Below are positions 57,689 through 64,000 of a stretch of 64,000 nucleotides of DNA, one piece after another; positions within the stretch are counted from its first letter, which is position 1; each line of letters begins with the position of its first letter. Origin of the DNA: Bacteroidales bacterium (GTDB taxonomy: Bacteria > Bacteroidota > Bacteroidia > Bacteroidales > UBA932); the NCBI GenBank assembly GCA_017848635.1, contig JAFIHK010000010.1, positions 5,539 to 69,538 of the forward strand. The letters run 5' to 3'. The position numbers were made by a program, and so were the translations under genes. The notes under the pieces are model-generated. The model made no database searches and was not told the DNA's origin. It was given only the letters and a program-made list of their open reading frames with translations.

Positions 57689-58663
57689 ATGGAAGTAAAA
57701 AATATACTGGAAGATATTTCGGGAGAGTGGCAGGAACTTCAGATTCTATTGAAGGATAGTCTTAAAAGCGACTGTTTTTTTCTGAATAAGATAAATGAAT
57801 ATCTGCTCAGCAATATGGGCAAACAGCTCCGTCCTATGCTTGGCATTCTGGCGGCAAAGACCTGCGGAGAGGTAAATGACCGCACGATAGTTGTATCCGT
57901 AGTCTCCGAGATTATTCACTGTGCCACTCTTCTGCACGACGACGTTGCAGACAACTCAGACAAGAGGAGAGGGCGGCTTACAGTTCATAAACTGTTTTCA
58001 CCGGCAGCAGCTGTACTTACCGGTGACTATTGGCTTGCAAAGGCGCTTTCGCTGGTCACAGCTCTCAATGATACCAAGTTGCTGGATTTTTACATAAAGG
58101 CAGTCGAGGGGCTCTCCGAAGGGGAACTGGAGCAGATGGATAAATCGGTTAAGATGGATACTACCGAAGCCGATTACTATAAGATTATTAACGGAAAAAC
58201 CGCAGCGCTGTTTGTTGCGGTGGTAATGTCAGCAGGTTATACGGTAGGTGCCGGGACAGAGCAGATGAAGAGACTTGAGTCATATGCAAGACATCTTGGT
58301 ATAGCATTCCAGATTCGTGATGACATTTTCGACTACACTCCAAAAATGGAGACCGGTAAGGCTGCGGGGACCGATATTAAGGAGAAAAAACTTACCCTGC
58401 CCCTGATTAAAGCTCTTGAGAACTCACCATCGGAAGAGAGATCTCTCTTCCTGTCAAGGCTCAGGGGGGTAGATGTTGTAACAGAGGATTATGTGGAGGA
58501 TGTTTTCGGTTTTGTTAATAGAAACCGTGGAGTGGAGATTGCCCAGAGTATCCTCAGTAAACACTGCAGAGAGGCCGCAGAATCACTTTCAATATTTCCG
58601 GATTCAGTCTACAGGCGACATCTTGAGGATTTAGCCAGATATGTTGGAACAAGAGAGCATTAA
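57689..58663 (+). CDS. polyprenyl diphosphate synthase (long-chain, IspB-like)
   Basis: First DDxxD motif LLHDDVADNSDKRRG and second motif FQIRDDIFD. Confidence 0.88.
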   Translation: MEVKNILEDISGEWQELQILLKDSLKSDCFFLNKINEYLLSNMGKQLRPMLGILAAKTCGEVNDRTIVVSVVSEIIHCATLLHDDVADNSDKRRGRLTVHKLFSPAAAVLTGDYWLAKALSLVTALNDTKLLDFYIKAVEGLSEGELEQMDKSVKMDTTEADYYKIINGKTAALFVAVVMSAGYTVGAGTEQMKRLESYARHLGIAFQIRDDIFDYTPKMETGKAAGTDIKEKKLTLPLIKALENSPSEERSLFLSRLRGVDVVTEDYVEDVFGFVNRNRGVEIAQSILSKHCREAAESLSIFPDSVYRRHLEDLARYVGTREH

Positions 58664-58669
58664 CCTGCC

Positions 58670-59260
58670 CTATCTTTTATCGCTGAATAATTGCTCATAA
58701 GCCTCTTCCAGAGAGTTGTAAAACTCCTCTCCAAATGCAAAGGTAAGGGGCTCTCTAAGAAACCTGAATACAGGGACTCCCTCTCTTTTCCCCTTTGCAA
58801 AGGCATCGAGGCAGATGTGCCACTGATGCATATTTAAAGCAATCATGCCGTTAGAGAGCTTTGATACTCTTATCGGATATAACCAGCAGGAGAGTGGTTT
58901 CCTAAGAGATGTTCTTCCATCTCTGTTAGCCCTCTCAATTGCACACATACAAAAGTTATCTCCCTCAAAAAATGAATAGGAGCATTCCGCTCCGGAATTC
59001 AGAGGGGTTACAAGATCTCCGTCTGAATCAATAACAAAGGGGCCTTGAATCTCAATTGATTCAAGACCCTTTGTTGTCATATAACTCTTAATTTCATCCA
59101 ACTCTCTTTCGAGGATCCGACACTCCTCCTCTTCAAGAGGAGCGCCGCTGTCACCCGAAATACAGCACTCCCCCTTACACTTTGCATAGTCGCAAATAAA
59201 CTGTTCGGTGAAGATTGCCGATGAAACAAGTATGTTCCCTATCTCAATTATTGAAGTCAA
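58670..59260 (-). CDS. Cys-rich DUF3109-like protein
   Basis: CDYAKCKGECCISGDSGAPL motif and ~195 aa length match my recollection of the DUF3109 family. Confidence 0.55.
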   Translation of the reverse strand: MTSIIEIGNILVSSAIFTEQFICDYAKCKGECCISGDSGAPLEEEECRILERELDEIKSYMTTKGLESIEIQGPFVIDSDGDLVTPLNSGAECSYSFFEGDNFCMCAIERANRDGRTSLRKPLSCWLYPIRVSKLSNGMIALNMHQWHICLDAFAKGKREGVPVFRFLREPLTFAFGEEFYNSLEEAYEQLFSDKR

Positions 59261-59261
59261 A

Positions 59262-62081
59262 TTACTTGGCCTCCTTAGCTTTACCGTTCATAACGACCTC
59301 AGAGTTGCTGGCAACCTTAAAGGTCTCATCTATGAATTTCCTGAGTTTTTCAGGAGTGATCGATTTAAGGATCTCCTCGTAATTTGTGGTGAGATCTTTA
59401 TCAATTGAATACTTATTGTTGATAATACCTAACCAGTATGAGTTCTCTCTTAGCTTTTCCGCTCTGTTCTTAGACATAAACTCAACAATCTTTGTGAAAT
59501 CCTCCTGATTGATTCCATCCTTGCGAACCTTCTCAATCTCCAGATATGCTCTGTCTAGAAGTTTATCCCTGAGGGCAACATCTGTATCAAAGCCAAAGAA
59601 GAACAGGAATGACTCCTGAGGGTAGTATACCAGATTCATTGTTACACCCACTCCGTAGGTTCCCTGTAACTCTTCACGAAGAGTCTTAGTGAATACTATA
59701 TCGAATACCTGAGACATCATATCTCCCATTATTCTGTTCTCGAGAGTGTACTTCATAGGACCTGTGTAAACAGAGTAAACGCTGGACTTAGGTGTCTGCA
59801 TCTCCTTTTCGAAGTGTGTTTTACTGCTCTTGTTGGTCAGATACATTCCTACATCCTTCCAGTTCTCTTTTTTATTCTTTTCGGCAGGCAGCGAAGCAAG
59901 ATACTTTTCAGCTAGTGGCTTAAGCATTGCAGGATCTACGTTTCCGACAAAAATGAAAGTGAAGTCCCCGGCATTTGCAAAACGCTCTTTTGCAAGTTCG
60001 AGTGTTCTGTGGTAATCAACCTGAGCAAGGAGTTCAGTGGTCATCCTCTTTGCATAAGGAGATCCTGAGTAGATAACATTCTGAAGTGAATCGGAGAATG
60101 ATGTCATAGGATCGGCAGAGAGGTTTTTCAATTGATTTTCCATTCTCGATTTAAAAGCAGCGTATGCCTCATCATCGGTTCTCAATGCGGTAAAGTTCAG
60201 ATAAATAAGTTGCAATAATGTCTCGATATCCTTAGGTGAAGATCCACCGCTCAAAGACTCAAGATTGATCGATACCCCGGCACTAACATTGGCAGTCTTA
60301 CCGGCAAGAACCTTGCGAAGATCAACGGCACTGAACGATCCCAGACCTCCGATTGAGAGGACATTGCTGATTATTTTTGTATTAGGAATCTCTTTCTTGT
60401 CAAACAGAGAGAAGCCACCACGGCTAACTGCAGAGAACAAGATTTGATCATCTTTGAAGTCGGTCTTTTTAACTACCACGGATGCACCGTTTGAGAGTTG
60501 CCAAACTTCCGACTGAGTCACCGGATCTTTTGAAACCTTAACAATTTTACCAGGGGTAGGCTCTTTGGCAACTAACGGTTCGTTTGAGAGCACCTCTTTA
60601 TATGGTTCAACTTCGTCAAGAAGCGCAGCCTTGTAAACCTCTGCAAGGTGCTCTTTTTCAGGGATTACTAACCCCTCTTTTTTAGGCATCATTACTACAA
60701 GTGCCAGATTCTCCTGTTTAGGTAGTGTCATAGCATAGCTGTTAACCTGCTCAAGTGTGATTGCAGAGTTAAGTTGCTGAGAGATCATATATAACATCTC
60801 AAGGCCCGGAGTTGCCTCTTCGTTTACAAAGTGGCTGAGTGCCTGATTTACATAGTATGAGTTTTTCTGCTTTTCGCGATCTTTGTATATCTGCTCAAGT
60901 CTGCTCATATAAGCTGCCTTTGCTCTCTCCAGTTCACTTGCAGTGAATCCAAATTTGCGAACTCTTTCGGCCTCATTGACAAGGGCTTTAATAGCTTTGT
61001 CAATTTCATTCTCTTTTGCCACCGCATCCATTTCGAGTGCAGCTTTGGTAGGAGAGACAATAAAGTCCCCGTATGATGCGGTTGCATTTGCAAATGGGGC
61101 GTTAGCCTTTTGAGTCATTTCGGTTAACCTTGAGCGGATCATTGAAACAACCAGGTTGTTCAGATAGTCAGATGCAGTAAAAGCGACTGTTTTTCTTATG
61201 TTTGCAGGGATTACATCGTTTTTGAATGCAAGAAGGATGTCGGTAGATGTTGCTTCAGGATCTGCGGCAACTGATATGAGGATATCCTTAGTGTCGGGAA
61301 CCTGAAATTCAGGTCTTGGGGCCGGATTTACCGGTTTAGGAATCGATCCGAAAAGGGTCTTGATCTTGGCCTCGATTTCGGCCGGATCAAAATCTCCTAC
61401 TACGATAATGCCTTGCAGATCGGGACGATACCATTTGTGGTAGTAGGCTCTTAATTCATCGTAAGTAAAATTGTCGATAACTTTGACCAGTCCGCCAGGG
61501 AGCCTGTTGGCATATTGGCTGTTAGGATAGATTTCGGGAAGGATATTCTCGAGCATACGCATCTGCGCACTGCTTCTTGTCCTTAGCTCCTCGCGAATTA
61601 CTCCGCGCTCTTTATCGATATCCTCGGCATCGAGATTGATTGCACAGGCCCAATCATGGAGAATAAGGAGGCAGGAGTCAATTATTCCCGGGCGTTTTAA
61701 CGGAACTGAGGAGATATTGTATACTGTTTGGTCTATGCCGGTTCCGGCATTAAGATTCTGTCCAAATTTTACACCTATTGTTTCAAGGTATGAAATTATA
61801 CTGTTTCCGGGAAAGTGCTTTGTTCCATTGAAGGCCATGTGCTCAAGAAAGTGAGCCAGTCCTCTCTGGTTCTCCTCCTCAAGTATAGCGCCTACTTTTT
61901 GAGCAATATAGAATTCAGCCTGACCTTTAGGTTCAGAATTTTTGGCGATATAGTAAGTCATTCCGTTGTCCAGCTTTCCCATTTTGATCTTAGGATCGAG
62001 AGGGAGCTGTTGCAGATTTTGCGAGTTTGCCGTTTGAAAGGCAAAAATTAGTGCAGTAAATGCAATTATAATCCGTTTCAT
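59262..62081 (-). CDS. M16 family (insulinase/pitrilysin-like) zinc peptidase
   Basis: Signal peptide from the ATG at 62081. Inverted zinc motif GLAHFLEHMAFNGT (HxxEH). Two-halves architecture of ~940 aa. Confidence 0.88.
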   Translation of the reverse strand: MKRIIIAFTALIFAFQTANSQNLQQLPLDPKIKMGKLDNGMTYYIAKNSEPKGQAEFYIAQKVGAILEEENQRGLAHFLEHMAFNGTKHFPGNSIISYLETIGVKFGQNLNAGTGIDQTVYNISSVPLKRPGIIDSCLLILHDWACAINLDAEDIDKERGVIREELRTRSSAQMRMLENILPEIYPNSQYANRLPGGLVKVIDNFTYDELRAYYHKWYRPDLQGIIVVGDFDPAEIEAKIKTLFGSIPKPVNPAPRPEFQVPDTKDILISVAADPEATSTDILLAFKNDVIPANIRKTVAFTASDYLNNLVVSMIRSRLTEMTQKANAPFANATASYGDFIVSPTKAALEMDAVAKENEIDKAIKALVNEAERVRKFGFTASELERAKAAYMSRLEQIYKDREKQKNSYYVNQALSHFVNEEATPGLEMLYMISQQLNSAITLEQVNSYAMTLPKQENLALVVMMPKKEGLVIPEKEHLAEVYKAALLDEVEPYKEVLSNEPLVAKEPTPGKIVKVSKDPVTQSEVWQLSNGASVVVKKTDFKDDQILFSAVSRGGFSLFDKKEIPNTKIISNVLSIGGLGSFSAVDLRKVLAGKTANVSAGVSINLESLSGGSSPKDIETLLQLIYLNFTALRTDDEAYAAFKSRMENQLKNLSADPMTSFSDSLQNVIYSGSPYAKRMTTELLAQVDYHRTLELAKERFANAGDFTFIFVGNVDPAMLKPLAEKYLASLPAEKNKKENWKDVGMYLTNKSSKTHFEKEMQTPKSSVYSVYTGPMKYTLENRIMGDMMSQVFDIVFTKTLREELQGTYGVGVTMNLVYYPQESFLFFFGFDTDVALRDKLLDRAYLEIEKVRKDGINQEDFTKIVEFMSKNRAEKLRENSYWLGIINNKYSIDKDLTTNYEEILKSITPEKLRKFIDETFKVASNSEVVMNGKAKEAK

Positions 62082-62167
62082 ATTTGATTTTAAAGATTTA
62101 ATGAACAAATATACAGATTATATTATTGAGCCGGCATATATTATTTGCCCTTTTTATTACTTTTTTT

Positions 62168-62175
62168 TACATTTG
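62168..62175 (+). promoter_or_regulatory. candidate -7 promoter box (TAcaTTTG)
   Basis: TAnnTTTG match 43 nt upstream of the ATG at 62218. Confidence 0.3.
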
Positions 62176-62217
62176 CCATAGACACTTTTTAATATTAACT
62201 TAAAGATCGTATCGTAT

Positions 62218-63162
62218 ATGAAAAAAATCGGAAAGATTTTAGCAACTCTTGCTATGGTGATGTTCTCAGCTACATTGAGCGCACAGGATATCGCAGCTGC
62301 AACAGAACAGTTCAACGCAGGAGTAACTGCCCTAAATGCTAAAAATTATACTCTGGCAATCGAGAGTTTCAGTAAAGCTCTCAAGATGGCAGATGGTCTT
62401 GGCGAAGAAGGCGCTTCAATTGTAAAGGATTCAAAAGATCTTTTGCCTAAGTTGTATATGTATTATGGTCAGGATCTTGCGGCTGCCGGGAAGATTGACG
62501 ACGCGATTGTTCAGTTGAATAAAGCGGTAGAGGTTGCTAAAGGGTATGGTAATGCCGAAGTTGAGAAAGAGGCTATGGCTTTGATCCCAAAGGTACTTTT
62601 TGCAGATGCCGGTAAATATTTCAACGATGCAATGTATCCAGAAGCAATTGAGGCCTACAAAAAGGTTCTTGCGCTGGAGCCAGGTAATATATCTGCTATT
62701 CTGGCACTCGGTATGTCTGAGTTGAAACTTAATAACGAAGCTGGTGCCGTTGCAGCATTTACAAAGGCCATGGAACTTGGCGACAAGGAGAATGCTCCTG
62801 CACAACTGGCTACAATCTACCTCAAAAAGGCAACAACAGCTTACTCAACTAAAAACTGGGCCGCTGTTCTCGAAAGTGCAAAGAAGGCCAATGAGATAAA
62901 AGAATCTGCAACAGCATTCAAACTCTCAGGGATTGCCGCTACAAACCTCAAGAAATATGATGAGGTAATTGCATCTCTCAATGCATATCTTGCTGCTGAA
63001 CCTACAGCTAAGGATAAGGATAATATGTATTACTATATTGCTGCTGCTTATGAGGCAAAGGCAAACACAGCCAAAGCCTGTGAGTTCTACAAGAAGATTC
63101 TTGCAAACCCTACATTCAAAGCAGCTGCTGAGTATAAAGTGAATCAGTTTAAGTGCAAATAA
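62218..63162 (+). CDS. secreted tetratricopeptide repeat protein
   Basis: Signal peptide and repeated A-x-x-x-Y/F-x-K-A-L-x-L-x-P TPR signatures (EAIEAYKKVLALEPGN ...). Confidence 0.75.
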   Translation: MKKIGKILATLAMVMFSATLSAQDIAAATEQFNAGVTALNAKNYTLAIESFSKALKMADGLGEEGASIVKDSKDLLPKLYMYYGQDLAAAGKIDDAIVQLNKAVEVAKGYGNAEVEKEAMALIPKVLFADAGKYFNDAMYPEAIEAYKKVLALEPGNISAILALGMSELKLNNEAGAVAAFTKAMELGDKENAPAQLATIYLKKATTAYSTKNWAAVLESAKKANEIKESATAFKLSGIAATNLKKYDEVIASLNAYLAAEPTAKDKDNMYYYIAAAYEAKANTAKACEFYKKILANPTFKAAAEYKVNQFKCK

Positions 63163-64000
63163 GGGAACTGGAATTACTTGCTCCGGCAAAGAATAAAGAC
63201 ATCGGCATTGCAGCAATAGATTGCGGTGCCGATGCTCTCTATATTGCCGGTCCGGCTTTCGGTGCCAGAGAGTCGGCGGGTAACTCTGTTGAGGATATTG
63301 CCGGGCTGATTGATTATGCGCACAGATATTCGGCAAAGGTGTTTATTGCTTTAAATACAATAATATACGATAACGAGATTGACTCTGCCAAAAAGATTGC
63401 CCAAGAACTGGCCGATGCCGGGGCAGATGCACTTATTATTCAGGATCTCGGATTGATAAAGGCAGGTCTTCCGAATATTCCACTCCATGCGTCGACACAG
63501 ACAAATATCAGAACTCCCGAACAGGCCGGATTCCTGGAGAGTCTGGGTTTTGAAAGATTGATACTTGCCAGGGAGCTCTCTCTTACCCAAATATCTGCAA
63601 TAAGGGATGCTGTTAGATGTGATCTTGAATTTTTCGTACATGGTGCGCTCTGTGTCTCATACAGCGGCCAATGTTACATGAGTATGAAAATGAGCGGAAG
63701 GAGTGCGAACAGGGGGGCCTGTATGCAATCGTGCCGCCTGCGATATAATCTTGAAGATAGAAACGGAAAGGTAATAATACGCGATAAACATCTGCTCTCC
63801 CTCAAGGATATGAACCTATCCGACTCAATACCGGCTCTGGTAAGATCGGGAATCACATCCTTTAAAATCGAGGGGAGGCTTAAGAATATTTCCTACATAA
63901 AAAATATAGTAAAACACTACAGGGAGAAGATCGACGAGTTTATTGCATCAGAACCGGGGTATAGAAAATCATCATTCGGATCGCTCTCCGGCGGCTTTGT
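63153..64000 (+). CDS. peptidase U32 family protein (3' end outside the window), not in the supplied ORF track
   Basis: The frame is open from the GTG at 63153 to the window end. Translation reads QIRELELLAPAKNKDIGIAAIDCGADALYIAGPAFGARESAGNS ... HASTQTNIRT ... FVHGALCVSYSGQCYMS ... SANRGACMQSCR, the typical U32 signature (E-LLAPAG, C-x-S-G-x-C, R-G-x-C-x-Q-x-CR). Confidence 0.85.
   Translation, partial: MQIRELELLAPAKNKDIGIAAIDCGADALYIAGPAFGARESAGNSVEDIAGLIDYAHRYSAKVFIALNTIIYDNEIDSAKKIAQELADAGADALIIQDLGLIKAGLPNIPLHASTQTNIRTPEQAGFLESLGFERLILARELSLTQISAIRDAVRCDLEFFVHGALCVSYSGQCYMSMKMSGRSANRGACMQSCRLRYNLEDRNGKVIIRDKHLLSLKDMNLSDSIPALVRSGITSFKIEGRLKNISYIKNIVKHYREKIDEFIASEPGYRKSSFGSLSGGF

Noticed and set aside
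62926-63856. Three minus-strand ORFs (136, 96 and 60 aa) listed in the track.
   Set aside because: They are antisense to an uninterrupted + strand frame that encodes a clear U32 peptidase and the end of the TPR gene.

Overview
This is a chromosomal segment with Bacteroidota hallmarks: a SusC/SusD pair, ECF sigma/FecR modules, lipoprotein signal peptides, TAnnTTTG promoter boxes, an S46 dipeptidyl-peptidase and a split transketolase. It is densely coding, with about 60 genes. I found no rRNA, tRNA, CRISPR array, transposase or integrase.

Housekeeping genes include rnhB, an EF-G-2-type GTPase, a lolD-like ABC ATPase, a tRNA m6A methyltransferase, split transketolase, lepA and an apgM-like gene with thrC. 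Others are osmC, kdsB, a sigma-54 activator with lptE-like and secG genes, kbl, and a TetR-TolC-MFP-RND efflux operon. The window ends with trxA, a polyprenyl synthase, an M16 peptidase and a U32 peptidase. The U32 gene runs off the 3' end and is absent from the ORF track.

Two accessory loci stand out.

1. 5.4-9.4 kb: an AT-rich islet encodes an exported lipoprotein whose C-terminus carries a complete JAMM/JAB metalloprotease motif. Four tandem, mosaic, signal-peptide-bearing paralogues follow it. The layout resembles a polymorphic effector/immunity cassette.

2. 27.7-40.9 kb: an ECF-sigma/anti-sigma-controlled SusC/SusD operon with no recognisable carbohydrate-active enzymes. Instead it encodes two CxxC thiol-disulfide oxidoreductase domains, a subtilase homologue with substituted catalytic Asp and His, and two paralogous double-retropepsin-like proteins. 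One of those is fused to a PDZ-like domain and the other to thioredoxin.

Smaller observations are a frameshifted RND pump, two divergent MG2-like/plug-like paralogues bracketing the thr genes, a PspC-PadR-PspC module and a candidate small transcript or attenuator upstream of the EF-G-2 gene. All domain calls come from by-eye motif recognition. No searches were run.
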